A stretch of 64,000 nt of DNA from Candidatus Borrarchaeum weybense (GCA_019057385.1 JAHQJS010000005.1:64001-128000); one strand, 5' to 3'; shown: positions 41,036-51,608, counted from the first letter of the stretch. A program made the numbers and translations. The notes: generated by a model not told the origin, from the letters alone.

Positions 41036-41746
41036 TTAAGTTTCTGTTTTAATTGCCACAAGACCCTTTTCTCTAAGAAATTCAATTGCATCAATAGTTG
41101 CTGTCATAGATAAGGCTGTCCTTTTTGAGATTTCTCGAATAGTCAATTCCCCCTCAGTAAGAAGTGGAAGAATTTTTTGAACAATATTTGAAGGAAGATA
41201 CGGTATATAACTAGTAAGAAGGTCAAGGCGCGTGCTGATAATAATAGGTTTTAAAGAGGCCAGTTCGTATATAAGCATCTTTTCTTTTTGATCCAATGGT
41301 GGACTGGTTTGCTGGGCATCAAGTTCTGATACAAGGAAGTTGTATAAACCATCAATAAGTCCTTGAAATGGCTGCCCCTTCCTTATGGCTTTCACGATAG
41401 GTACAATTCGATGCGTAAACATCCATGCTTTTTCATACAGAAGTGATAAATAGTTTCTTTCAACAAGAATTGAAACAGTAGCAGGAACTACACCGCCTCT
41501 TTTCTCAGGATTTTCAATATAGAAATAATAAGCGAATGAAATAAACTGTTCCATAGGGAATGGAATAATAGACTTACCCTCCACACTAGATGTTTTTCCT
41601 TTTTCTTCTACACCTATAAAACAAATCGTCATGATTTTAATGACCTTATCGTTAATAAAGTCTTCATCTAAAGCATCAGGATGCCAATAAATAGGTTGAG
41701 GTCCAATGTTTTCGTCAATAACTGAATAAATGACACCACGAACCAC
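41036..41746 (-). CDS. longin/uDENN-like domain protein with C-terminal wHTH
   Basis: GVIYSVIDENIGPQPIYWHP, YYFYIENPEKRGG..ATVSILV; C-terminal HTH ending LREKGLV. Confidence 0.6.
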   Translation of the reverse strand: MVRGVIYSVIDENIGPQPIYWHPDALDEDFINDKVIKIMTICFIGVEEKGKTSSVEGKSIIPFPMEQFISFAYYFYIENPEKRGGVVPATVSILVERNYLSLLYEKAWMFTHRIVPIVKAIRKGQPFQGLIDGLYNFLVSELDAQQTSPPLDQKEKMLIYELASLKPIIISTRLDLLTSYIPYLPSNIVQKILPLLTEGELTIREISKRTALSMTATIDAIEFLREKGLVAIKTET

Positions 41747-41772
41747 TTTAAGTGCCTCAAAGAGATCGATTT

Positions 41773-42969
41773 TTATTTTTTATGTCCATGTGAAACATCT
41801 AATTGTACTGACTTCCACAGATCATCCAGTTGTCTTTCTACCCATCCTAACTCATAGAGAATCTTTTCACAATCTTGGTAAAATACATCTCGTGTGTGAG
41901 CATTTGAGTATTTTTTGTGAAAAAGCCCAATATCTAACAAACGACGATAAATCAGCCATCTGTATTTATCTATTTGATTAAGTTTTATAGCGATGAGTTG
42001 CTGAAACAAGGAATCAGCATTATAAATTGGTTTTTTGTGCTTAATGAAGTTTTCTAACTTAAAATAGAGCAGTTCAACACATTGATATCTCATCAATACT
42101 GCATTTCTGCGAATCCACATTTTGTGAAAAAAGCTGTCATCAAAGAAAATACTCAGGTCTTCAGCCCATGTTGTGATACCATCAAAGGAATATGATCCTA
42201 CAACTGGAGATTTATTCAGAAGTTCATTTGCATGCCAAATAGAGATATCTGTTCTTTGTGATTCTTTCTCAAATATATACCATAATAATGAAAAATAGAC
42301 ATCCGAACGATAATATCCAAAGGTTTCTGCATCAAGTGCAATAAGTAAAGGAGAAAGATGATTCTTGTGTGTTACCTTATCAAGGATTTGTTCGGCACGA
42401 GGCCATCCATGACTTAAAGCATAACTAAGGTCACGATTTCTTGGGAAAAGCTTCATTTCTGTTCCATAGAACTCACAATTATAAATACCCCCAAGATCTT
42501 GCTTGTCAAAAGCGATGGGATCTCCATCCACAATAATATAGCTAAGTCCTAACTCTGACAATGTGGGCACAATATCTTTTGCAAAAATCAATTCTGGGGG
42601 AAAAAATCCTGTTGGCGTAATCCCAAAAGAGTCACGTATCATTTTTAGATGATGAAAAGTCTGTTCTTTTAACAGACCATCTGGTGTAAAGATAGAGGGG
42701 GCCTGGTGAAAGGGGGAAGTCATCAGTTCAAGAACCTGGGAATCAACTAATTCCCCTATTAGACTGAAAAGATCATCTCTTTTCCTCTCAAACCATTTTA
42801 ATAACGCACCAGTAATATTTGCGGTGATTCTGACAGGGCTAAAGTTGTGTTCTAAATCTCGAATTAAATATAGTAGTCTTTCATAGCACTTTTTACAAAT
42901 TTCGAAAAAGATTTCGTCAGGACCGTAATAAGGATAATGAAAATGAAGTAATAGTGCGATATCTGTCAT
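41773..42969 (-). CDS. glycoside hydrolase family 57-like protein
   Basis: LHFHYP, NITG, GFFPPEL, ALDAETFG. Confidence 0.8.
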   Translation of the reverse strand: MTDIALLLHFHYPYYGPDEIFFEICKKCYERLLYLIRDLEHNFSPVRITANITGALLKWFERKRDDLFSLIGELVDSQVLELMTSPFHQAPSIFTPDGLLKEQTFHHLKMIRDSFGITPTGFFPPELIFAKDIVPTLSELGLSYIIVDGDPIAFDKQDLGGIYNCEFYGTEMKLFPRNRDLSYALSHGWPRAEQILDKVTHKNHLSPLLIALDAETFGYYRSDVYFSLLWYIFEKESQRTDISIWHANELLNKSPVVGSYSFDGITTWAEDLSIFFDDSFFHKMWIRRNAVLMRYQCVELLYFKLENFIKHKKPIYNADSLFQQLIAIKLNQIDKYRWLIYRRLLDIGLFHKKYSNAHTRDVFYQDCEKILYELGWVERQLDDLWKSVQLDVSHGHKK

Positions 42970-43166
42970 TTAAACTCCACAATGTTTTTTTTAATACTTA
43001 ATATTTTATTTTGGTCAAATAGATTCTAGGTGAAATAATTGCAATCATTTCTTTTCTAGATTGTGGATGATCTTCTAAATATAGAGTTAGATTTTTGTAA
43101 AGAAGCATTTTTAACCTGACCTACTTAAATTGCATAAACATTAGCCTCAGTCAGGAGGAGGCCATC

Positions 43167-43412
43167 ATAAAAGAAATCCTTTATAAGCTTTCAAAAATCG
43201 ATAATGCAAGAATAATTGGTGTAAATACCACCGAAAAAGAAGTACATATAGAATTGTTTGTTCCAAAGGTTATGGAAGAAACTCAAGAAAATGGACAAAT
43301 AAACAAGATAGTTAAAGAGATATCTAAGATCATAGATGAAGGATCATCCCAAAGACATTCAATAAAGGTCAAAGGTGCGGTTATTTCTATAAAAATTCCA
43401 GTTTTTAAATAG
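43167..43412 (+). CDS. hypothetical protein (~81 aa) with probable ATA/ATC start, not in the ORF track
   Basis: Open frame IKEILYKLSKIDNARIIGVN...VISIKIPVFK* directly after AGGAGGAGG. Confidence 0.55.
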   Translation: MKEILYKLSKIDNARIIGVNTTEKEVHIELFVPKVMEETQENGQINKIVKEISKIIDEGSSQRHSIKVKGAVISIKIPVFK

Positions 43413-43468
43413 AAAGAAGAAAAAGTTTGTGTAAGATTATCTTGTGCTTTTTTGTTTTGTTTTAAACA

Positions 43469-44404
43469 TCAGGGGTCTCCAATGCCATCTTCCTTGATCA
43501 CAAATACGGCTTCAGATTCAGGAAGGCAGGGGCTATCTACTACTCTTGCAACGCGTCGATCACCCTTGGATTTGCGCAGGTACACACGCGTGGTACAGGC
43601 ATGAGCAACAATATGTCCACCGACTGGGGCTGTAGGATCGCCAAAGAACATATCTGGTCGAGCCATCACCTGGTTGGCCACCACTACCGCTAAATGATGA
43701 ACTTCTGCAAGACGAAGCAGTTGATGCAAGTGCTTATTAAGTTTCTGCTGTCTTTCTGCTAGTGTACCGCGCCCAATGTATTCGCTTCTGAAGTAACTGG
43801 TCAGAGCATCCACTATAACCAGTTTAATGTTTTTTTCCTGAATGATATTAGGGGCTTCTTCTATAAGTAAAATCTGATGATCACTATTATACGCTCTTGC
43901 ATAGACAACATTTTGTAATGCAGAATCAATCTCAAGATCTTCTTTTTCCATCATTTGAACAAGGCGCTCTGGACGGAATGTACCCTCTGTATCGACATAT
44001 AAGGCTCCGCCGCCTAATCCTCCTTTTTCAGGAGGAAGTTGGGTCTTTATACATAGTTCGTGGCAAATCTGTGTCTTGCCCGATCGAAAAGGTCCGTAAA
44101 ATTCAGTAATACCATTAGTTTCTATGCCGCCGCCTAGAACTGCGTCTAATTGTTCACTACCTGTGGTTATACGCCCTACAACTTTTCGAATTTCATAAAA
44201 TTCCAAGGCGGTGGAATAACCAATCTCTAATTGTTCTCGCGCCGATTGTATTATCTTCTGGGCGGTGCTTTCGCCAATATCGACAGTTGTAGACAGTTCT
44301 TTGGGTGCAGCGACAGCTAATGTTTCGAGAGAAGTGTATCCTGCTTCTTTCAATTTTGCTGCTGTAGCGGGGCCTACACCGGGCAGTTCCTCTAATTCAA
44401 CCAT
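43469..44404 (-). CDS. radA: DNA repair and recombination protein RadA
   Basis: LPGVGPATA HhH, GPFRSGKTQ, DTEGTFRPER, LAERQQKL. Confidence 0.97.
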   Translation of the reverse strand: MVELEELPGVGPATAAKLKEAGYTSLETLAVAAPKELSTTVDIGESTAQKIIQSAREQLEIGYSTALEFYEIRKVVGRITTGSEQLDAVLGGGIETNGITEFYGPFRSGKTQICHELCIKTQLPPEKGGLGGGALYVDTEGTFRPERLVQMMEKEDLEIDSALQNVVYARAYNSDHQILLIEEAPNIIQEKNIKLVIVDALTSYFRSEYIGRGTLAERQQKLNKHLHQLLRLAEVHHLAVVVANQVMARPDMFFGDPTAPVGGHIVAHACTTRVYLRKSKGDRRVARVVDSPCLPESEAVFVIKEDGIGDP

Positions 44405-44769
44405 ACTATCACCTTATCACACTTTATGTTGGCTTCATGGTCTTTAAACAAAACTGAGGGGTAAGTGAAAGTAAAACTATTTTACATATGAATAGGCATC
44501 CCTGAAACAAGAAATTCGCCTTATACTACAAATCCTATGTTTTTAAAATAACCCTCATCATATATTTTCTCTTTATGGTTAATTTTAATCTCATGAAAAT
44601 GTTGTTAAACTGCCTCCTTAAATTTTCAATTCTCAAATAACTATCCAATGCTTGTTCCGCACTCCAAAAGTATTTAACTAAAATAGAAAAACCTTAATTA
44701 GTTTTGTGTTCTATAAGGAAGGCAAAATCTCACTAAGCAACGCTGCAAAAATTTTACCATCTTTACGCA

Positions 44770-45765
44770 TTGGAAAAGGAGTTTAATAGTGAAATGCAAC
44801 TGCTAATGCCAACAAGTTGTGCATTCGCAATCACCTATAAATGTAACTCTAGGTGCACAATGTGCAACATTTGGCAGAAATATGAAAAAGATCCTCAGGC
44901 ATATCAAAAGGAAATTCGAAGTGACCAATTCTTCGCGTTTGTAAAGAAATGGCAAACCATTACATCATATAATATTGTTGGAGGAGAACCTTTTTTAAGC
45001 CCATATATCGAAGATGCAGCTTTGTTTTTACTTTCAAACGGAAAAAACTTTACCGTTACAACTAATGGTGTCCTATCATCCAAAATCACTGATTTTGTTA
45101 CAAAATTGTCTACATTTCCTCAACAGTATGGTATCTCGATCTCTCTTGATGCAATTGGCGAAATTCATGATAAAATGCGAGGCAGAAGAAAATCATATGA
45201 AAGGGCAATGCAGACGCTAAAAAACTTAATACAAACAAAAGAAAACGGTTCGAATATTCGACTTTCAATACATTTTACTTTATCGCCCCTCAACTACAGC
45301 CAATTGTGGCAAGTATATGAATTGACCAAAGAATTAAAGCTTGGTTTTCGTTTCAATTTTATGGCATACAGCGATTTTTACTTTGAAAACAAAGATACAC
45401 GCATGAAATTTACTGAAACTCAATTTAATATTATAGAAAACCAGATAAACAAGATTATTTCTGATGAAAGAAATGGAAAGAATACAAACGATAAATTAGA
45501 AAAACGTCATGCTCATTTTCGAGCAATGCTAGCCTATGAAAAAAACCAGGTGAAAAATATGTTATGCACGGCGTATACAACACACATGTATCTTGATCCC
45601 TATGGGGCGATTTACCCGTGCTGTTTTTTAAATAAAAAAGTTGGAACTATAGATGATCCTCCAGAAGTCGTATGGGCAAATGAAGAACTTAAAGAGTTTA
45701 TTAAATGTGATTGCAAATGTAATATCTGCCCACATTGGTTTGAAAGTGTTTGTCTTATGAGTTGA
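44770..45765 (+). CDS. radical SAM/SPASM protein
   Basis: CNSRCTMC, GGEPFL, TTNG, C-terminal YPCC...C.C..C. Confidence 0.9.
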   Translation: MEKEFNSEMQLLMPTSCAFAITYKCNSRCTMCNIWQKYEKDPQAYQKEIRSDQFFAFVKKWQTITSYNIVGGEPFLSPYIEDAALFLLSNGKNFTVTTNGVLSSKITDFVTKLSTFPQQYGISISLDAIGEIHDKMRGRRKSYERAMQTLKNLIQTKENGSNIRLSIHFTLSPLNYSQLWQVYELTKELKLGFRFNFMAYSDFYFENKDTRMKFTETQFNIIENQINKIISDERNGKNTNDKLEKRHAHFRAMLAYEKNQVKNMLCTAYTTHMYLDPYGAIYPCCFLNKKVGTIDDPPEVVWANEELKEFIKCDCKCNICPHWFESVCLMS

Positions 45766-45769
45766 TACC

Positions 45770-47059
45770 ATGAAAAAGGATAATCTGACCTCTGTTTGTT
45801 TCTATTTTGAAGTACATCAGCCTTTTCGATTGCGAAAAGATTTTCATGTCAAAAGATTTTCACTGCTTGGTCGTTCTTTATTTGATCAATATTTTGACGA
45901 TGATGTTAATAAGGCCTTATTCAATAGAATTGCAGAAAAATGCTATTTACCCACAAATGAAATTCTGTTGAAAAAAATTGACCAGTTCAAAAAGGAACGC
46001 CGCCAATTCAAGGTATCATTTGGATTAACAGGGCTTTTTATTGAACAATGCGAGCGCTACAATACAGACCTACTAGACTCATTTAAGCAACTTGTTGATA
46101 CGGGATGTGTTGAGCTACTAAACGAAACGTATTATCACTCAATATGTAGTCTATATGATGTAGAGCGAGAAGAATTCATAGACCAAGTGGCTTTACATCA
46201 ACAATTGATTCAAGATGTTTTCAGTTACAAACCTACAGCCTTCATCAATACTGAATGCTTATATAATAACAGTATTGCGCGGGTAGTAGAAGAAATGGGC
46301 TATAAAGTCATCCTGACTGAAGGAGTCGATTGGGTTTTAAGTAACTGGAAATCACCAAATTTTGTATATAAACCACCTTCTAATTTCTGTAAGCGCTTAC
46401 GAGTTTTGTTGAGGAATTATCGATTAACGGATGATATTGGTTTTAGATTTTCTTCGCGGGACTGGGCAGAGTGGCCTCTTACTGCAGGTAAATACGCCTC
46501 ATGGTTATCCGCAACTTCAGGACAATGTATTAATCTATTCATGGACTATGAGACCTTTGGAGAACATCATTGGACAGATTCAGGGATCCATTGGTTTTTA
46601 CAGGCGCTCCCTGATGAAATTTTCAAACATAAATCCCTTGATTTCGCCACACCAAGCGAAATTGTTGAAGAAAATGCTTCAATTGGTGGTGAAATTAGTA
46701 TAGGAGACTATGAAACAATTTCATGGGCCGATGAGGAACGAAGTACCGAGAGTTGGATTGGGAATTGGATGCAACAAGAAATTTATCGAGAGTTATTGGC
46801 TTTGGAAAAACCAGTGAAAGCAATTGCTGATAAATCTTTAATTCAAATATGGCGAAATTTACAGGCGAGTGATCATCTTTATTACCTAGCAACCTTTGGT
46901 GGAGGACCTGGAGAAGTTCATAGTTATTTTAGTCCCTATCATACTCCTTTTGAAGCGTATTCAGTTTATGTCAGAATACTTGCAGATTTCGCACGAGTTG
47001 TGAACGAACGAAAAAAAAAGCAAACTGACGAACAAAATGAGTTAGAAAAGATTTCTTAG
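45770..47059 (+). CDS. GH57 alpha-amylase
   Basis: FEVHQP, ETYYHS, NTECLY, MDYETFGEH, ISWAD. Confidence 0.9.
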   Translation: MKKDNLTSVCFYFEVHQPFRLRKDFHVKRFSLLGRSLFDQYFDDDVNKALFNRIAEKCYLPTNEILLKKIDQFKKERRQFKVSFGLTGLFIEQCERYNTDLLDSFKQLVDTGCVELLNETYYHSICSLYDVEREEFIDQVALHQQLIQDVFSYKPTAFINTECLYNNSIARVVEEMGYKVILTEGVDWVLSNWKSPNFVYKPPSNFCKRLRVLLRNYRLTDDIGFRFSSRDWAEWPLTAGKYASWLSATSGQCINLFMDYETFGEHHWTDSGIHWFLQALPDEIFKHKSLDFATPSEIVEENASIGGEISIGDYETISWADEERSTESWIGNWMQQEIYRELLALEKPVKAIADKSLIQIWRNLQASDHLYYLATFGGGPGEVHSYFSPYHTPFEAYSVYVRILADFARVVNERKKKQTDEQNELEKIS

Positions 47060-47350
47060 AAGAGCTTTTTCAATTTTTTTTTAAATAGTCTTCCAGAAGC
47101 CACAAGAACAGCGTAAAAGACGGTTTAATTTATAAAGTAAAGCTCCACATCTAGGACAGTGACCATATAAAGAAATATTCAACTCTGAATGAGTCTTAGT
47201 AGAATGAAAATTGCTGCTCACGGTTTATCAAGCATAATAATATATTTCTACCTTATAAGGATAAGAGAGGCTTTCATGTAAGTGAAAAAAGCAAAAGAAG
47301 AACTCTTAGAAACGTAAACGTGTTACAAATTTGTTTAAGGGTAATCCTAA

Positions 47351-48253
47351 TTGGTGAGAATGATGGATAGAAAGACACTTTCTTTGATCTTAATTCTAAC
47401 AGCGATATGGGGTACCGGCCCAGTTACTGCACGATTTCTTGTGGGAGTTTCAGGGGAGATCACCCCAACTGACCTTACTCTCTTGAGGTGGGTGATTGCG
47501 TTCATTTTCCTATTTGTACTACTTTGTAGAACTCAAAGTTTTAACGAATCAAAACTTTCATTTAGGGCAGATTGGTTGAATTTTCTGGCTATTGGCGCCG
47601 CAAATGCAGCATTTGGTTTATTGTTTTTGTTTGGAGTCAGTTTGAGTTTTGCTGTAAATGCTGCACTTTTAACAAATCTTCATCCTATTTTTATAGCTAT
47701 TTTAGCACATGTTTTATTAAACGAAAAAACTGGAATCAAGCAATCTCTTGGAATTTTTTCAGCAATAATTGGAATGCTGGTAGTTGTAACGCAAGGTGAT
47801 TTTTCATCATTAGTTCTTTCAGGACAGTTTATTGGAGATTTTCTATTAATACTTTCAGCTTTGGCGTGGTCTATTCAATCTCTTCTCGCCAGGAAACATG
47901 TTAAGACGTACGGAGGATTACAAACTCTTGCTTTAAGTGCTCCATTCACCATTATAATCTTGATTCCATTTGCAGTTATTTTAGGAAATATGCAGACGAT
48001 ATTCACCGTATCTCTGATTGGATGGCTTTTGATATTGCACTTCAGTTTGGGTATTTCTGGAATAGGTTATGTTTTATGGTTCTTAATTCTTCGTAGAATC
48101 GAAACCGCAAAGGCCAGCGTATCAATATTAATAGTCCCTTTATATACGATAATCTTCGCAAATATATTCTTAAACGAACCAATTACATTGATGGTAGTTA
48201 TTGGAACGGTGTTTGTATTGACAGGTATTTATTTGGTTCAAAAAGCTAAGTAG
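47351..48253 (+). CDS. DMT/EamA transporter
   Basis: About 10 TM helices in two EamA repeats. Confidence 0.9.
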   Translation: MVRMMDRKTLSLILILTAIWGTGPVTARFLVGVSGEITPTDLTLLRWVIAFIFLFVLLCRTQSFNESKLSFRADWLNFLAIGAANAAFGLLFLFGVSLSFAVNAALLTNLHPIFIAILAHVLLNEKTGIKQSLGIFSAIIGMLVVVTQGDFSSLVLSGQFIGDFLLILSALAWSIQSLLARKHVKTYGGLQTLALSAPFTIIILIPFAVILGNMQTIFTVSLIGWLLILHFSLGISGIGYVLWFLILRRIETAKASVSILIVPLYTIIFANIFLNEPITLMVVIGTVFVLTGIYLVQKAK

Positions 48254-48333
48254 TTGATGCGTCGAACCATTTTATACGAATTGGATCAGGTTCATATGGT
48301 CCAAATGGGGATTTGATGCAGAAAAATTTGCAA

Positions 48334-48813
48334 TTACGTCCCATTCTTAAGAGCTATTATTTCTTTAACATCTATAAGTTTCCATACGTAATTTCTTTCT
48401 TCTTTGACTATAGATTCAAGAGGTTCTTCAGGCGAATGACCAAGGGCTTTCAGGATATTCTTTGAAAGATTCTTATCTTTAATTAGTTGTACAAATCTTT
48501 CCCGTATGGTCTTCTTCTTGTTATCACCCTTCACTTCTACCAAGCGTCCTAAGAGGGTTACAAAGGAATAATCAGAGAGGTCTCGACTATATCTGTCCAC
48601 TTCAACGGAAACATTAGGATTTTGCTGGAAAAATTCGATTTTTTTACCATATTTGGTTGACAGAAAAAACATGTGCTTTCCATCAAAAATGTAAAGAAAC
48701 GGCGCAATATAGGGATGTTCTTTGCCTTTAAAAGCAATCCGACACACATATTCATCAATAATTAATTGATCATATTCCTTTCTGTCCATTTGTGGGATTT
48801 TTTGAATATCCAT
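48334..48813 (-). CDS. pyridoxamine 5'-phosphate oxidase-like FMN-binding protein
   Basis: CRIAF..PYIAP, G.K....NPNVSVEVD. Confidence 0.85.
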   Translation of the reverse strand: MDIQKIPQMDRKEYDQLIIDEYVCRIAFKGKEHPYIAPFLYIFDGKHMFFLSTKYGKKIEFFQQNPNVSVEVDRYSRDLSDYSFVTLLGRLVEVKGDNKKKTIRERFVQLIKDKNLSKNILKALGHSPEEPLESIVKEERNYVWKLIDVKEIIALKNGT

Positions 48814-49007
48814 AGATATCCCTGCATTCCATTAAATTTTCAACAGTTACCTCAATAAATCTTAGACTATAAAACTTATCAGGATTCATTCTCTTTTTCA
48901 ACCAATGTTTTGACAGATTCGATGAAGCAAAACACAAAAATGATGATTTCAATAGATATTACAATCAAGATTTTTAGTAAATATTGGTAAAAAAGAGTTG
49001 AGATTTT

Positions 49008-49910
49008 ATGACGTTCTCAATTATTGGTTATGATCCTAACACAGGTGATTTAGGAGTTGCCGTACAGAGCAAGTTCATGTGTATTGGAATTGTAACTCCA
49101 TTTGCGAAAGCAAATGTTGGAGCTCTTGCAACCCAATCTTGGATAAACACAACTTACGGCCCACGAGGGATTGAGATGCTAGAAACAGGTATGGGCGCGA
49201 AACAAGTCTTAAAAAAACTCATATCAACTGATGAAATGCGAGAATATCGTCAAGCAGCGATTATAGATTCCACAGGTGCAGTTGACGCATTTACAGGAAA
49301 GGATTGCTTCTATTGGGCGGGACACATCATTGGAGACAACTTCAGTTGTCAAGGTAATATTTGTTACGAAGGAACAGTTGAAAGTATGGCTAAGGCATTT
49401 GAAACTCAAAAAGGAGATTTAATTGACAAATTGCTTGCAGCAATGAAAGCGGGGGATGAAGAAAGAAGAGGGGACGTTAGAGGGAAACAAGCTGCTGCGC
49501 TTTTGGTTGTGCGTGAAAAAGGTGGTTATGAAGGCCTAAATGATCGTTACGTTGATATTCGAGTTGATGAGCATACAGAACCTATTAAAGAACTCTGTAG
49601 AATATTTGAACTCTATGATCTGACTTTCCTTGCCAGAGAAGCTACATCAAATTTGTTGACGATTGAAGGAGAAATTTCAATAAAAATAAAGCAAATTCTT
49701 ATAGAACTTGGTTATCTCAATGAGGCTGAAGCAGCGAAAGGGGATGGCTGGGAAAAAGTAGAGAGGGATGCCTTAGAGGCATGGATTGGAATTAACAATT
49801 TCGAAAGCAAATGGCGTGATGACGGTACGATATGGAAGTCAATCTACGGCTATATGATGAAAGAAAAAGGAACGTCTTTCGTTTCGCTCAGAAAAATGTC
49901 AGAATGGTGA
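49008..49910 (+). CDS. DUF1028 (Ntn-hydrolase-like) protein with C-terminal PG-binding-like domain
   Basis: MTFSIIG.D..TG.LGVAVQSK, GDVRGKQAAAL, DIRVDEH. Confidence 0.9.
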   Translation: MTFSIIGYDPNTGDLGVAVQSKFMCIGIVTPFAKANVGALATQSWINTTYGPRGIEMLETGMGAKQVLKKLISTDEMREYRQAAIIDSTGAVDAFTGKDCFYWAGHIIGDNFSCQGNICYEGTVESMAKAFETQKGDLIDKLLAAMKAGDEERRGDVRGKQAAALLVVREKGGYEGLNDRYVDIRVDEHTEPIKELCRIFELYDLTFLAREATSNLLTIEGEISIKIKQILIELGYLNEAEAAKGDGWEKVERDALEAWIGINNFESKWRDDGTIWKSIYGYMMKEKGTSFVSLRKMSEW

Positions 49911-49953
49911 ACTACCACCCTACAAGTTGGGGGGGTCTTCTTGCGGAGAAGGG
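49907..49953 (-). mobile_element. 47-bp IS200/IS605 left-end/right-end fusion element (PATE/MITE-like)
   Basis: Minus strand TTTAT|cccttctccgcaagaagacccccccaacttgtagggtggtagttcac; both halves are near-identical to the ends of the 9769-11149 element. Confidence 0.85.
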
Positions 49954-50025
49954 ATAAAGGGGAGACAAAATAACAATACTTTGAAAAACTAATGGTGTTT
50001 TGTCACAACAAATTATTATTTTGAT

Positions 50026-50340
50026 GGTTAGACTTCTTTAACCATATAAATGGTTGGTTAGATATATATTACCTATAGGTGAACCTACTATGAGCATTAT
50101 CATCAACACCAAATACACAAACAACAAACCCTATTATTACGTGTATGTAGTCTATGGTGAAGGCAATAAAGAAACCCATTACATTGGTAGTGCAAAAAAC
50201 CCAATATCATATGAAAAAGCATTGTATAAAGTCAAAGAGATCCTTAAACAAGAAATGCAGAAGAAACTTCACCATGCGGAAACACGAGCCGAGAACTTAA
50301 AGAATGAATACCTTTCTAAATAGGTTAAATATATCTAACC
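50026..50340. repeat. three GGTTA-N8-TAACC palindromic sites
   Basis: 50026-50043, 50056-50073 (TTACC variant), 50323-50340. Confidence 0.7.
50090..50323 (+). CDS. small basic putative DNA-binding protein
   Basis: KYTNNKPYYYVY...KETHYIGS, a beta-sheet motif seen in archaeal mobile-element proteins; AGGTGA RBS. Confidence 0.6.
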   Translation: MSIIINTKYTNNKPYYYVYVVYGEGNKETHYIGSAKNPISYEKALYKVKEILKQEMQKKLHHAETRAENLKNEYLSK

Positions 50341-50384
50341 TATATATGCTGCGTTTTTCTATTGTTATGTTTTCTATAATAGAT

Positions 50385-50969
50385 TCATACTATTTTGACT
50401 GTTCTAAATGCTTTTCTCATTGACTTAATGCTTTTCCGCGCGATTGATTCAGGATAGAATCCTAGAACCGCCTGATTTAGTGCTTCTAGGGATACTTCTC
50501 CGCTTATTCTGCAGAAAGCACCTAAAATTCCTATGTAATTATTACCGCCATAATTTTGATTTGTTAGGCTTTCATCTATTTCATTCATTGAAACTTTGTC
50601 AACATCTACTGTTGCTGTGGAGAATCCTATGCCGAAGAGTTCTATTAACTCGTATGGGGAATATGATGAATTGACAAGGAGAATGCCTGACCTTTTTAAT
50701 CCCTCTGTAACGTCCAATATTTTCAAAAACGAATCATCCAGTACTATGGTGTAATTTGGGCAGCAGATCTGTGGATAAGTAGATAAAAGTTTCTTGCTAA
50801 TTCGAATGGCAACTTTTAGAATCACTTCTGGTGTTGTGGTTTTAGGTTGAAACACTTGGGAACACTTATTCCTATAAGCTATTGCCTCAGCAAGGATCTC
50901 TGCTAATGTAACTACATTCATGTCTCCTCGACCGATTAAGAGAATTTCTTTGATTTTATAAAATGACAT
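50385..50969 (-). CDS. divergent 2-oxoacid:ferredoxin oxidoreductase gamma-subunit-like protein
   Basis: EILLIGRG, IRIS, PNYTIVLD, GLKRSGILLVNS; orphan with no alpha/beta genes adjacent. Confidence 0.7.
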   Translation of the reverse strand: MSFYKIKEILLIGRGDMNVVTLAEILAEAIAYRNKCSQVFQPKTTTPEVILKVAIRISKKLLSTYPQICCPNYTIVLDDSFLKILDVTEGLKRSGILLVNSSYSPYELIELFGIGFSTATVDVDKVSMNEIDESLTNQNYGGNNYIGILGAFCRISGEVSLEALNQAVLGFYPESIARKSIKSMRKAFRTVKIV

Positions 50970-51188
50970 GAGGGTACAACCTTTCTTAGAATAAATTGAA
51001 TCCTGTGTTTTGCTCCTTTTTATCGCATACTTATACTTTGAAATTAAAATTTAGACACTTTTTAATGGATATTTTTGTCTTAAGAACGCAGATTCTAGTA
51101 AAAACATTTGAATAGCGATTTAAAATTAGATCAAATCTTAAAACTTTTTAAGTAATAATAATTGACTTTGTAAATAGCAAATTTTTTC

Positions 51189-51608
51189 ATGGAGGAAAAA
51201 TTTATGCAATTCTCTCAGTTCTCTATAGCATTCCTGATTGACTTTATTGTGTTTGTAGCTATTGTGGCAGTTTCTGTAGCCATAACGTGCTGGCTTTGGG
51301 GCTATTCGAGATACAAATTTGCTTGGGGGTCAAGTATCGTTACTGGAATTGTAGCCGCTGTCGTATGGATTATATTTAGAATGTTACCGCTCGGTCGTTA
51401 TACCTTGGCTATTGCATTTGTTGCAGTCTTTGTAGTGATTCTTCTTGCACTTCGTCACTTTTGGCCTAAATTTTCTGAATGGCCAACAGCGTTTCTCGGT
51501 ACGCTGGTTTGTATCGTTATAGTCATTGTCATTTGGCTGGTAATTTCATTTATCATTGCGGGGCTGGGTTTGATAGCAGGATATCTGCCCCCACTGAGTA
51601 TATTCTAA
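51189..51608 (+). CDS. membrane protein
   Basis: Four hydrophobic segments. Confidence 0.65.
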   Translation: MEEKFMQFSQFSIAFLIDFIVFVAIVAVSVAITCWLWGYSRYKFAWGSSIVTGIVAAVVWIIFRMLPLGRYTLAIAFVAVFVVILLALRHFWPKFSEWPTAFLGTLVCIVIVIVIWLVISFIIAGLGLIAGYLPPLSIF

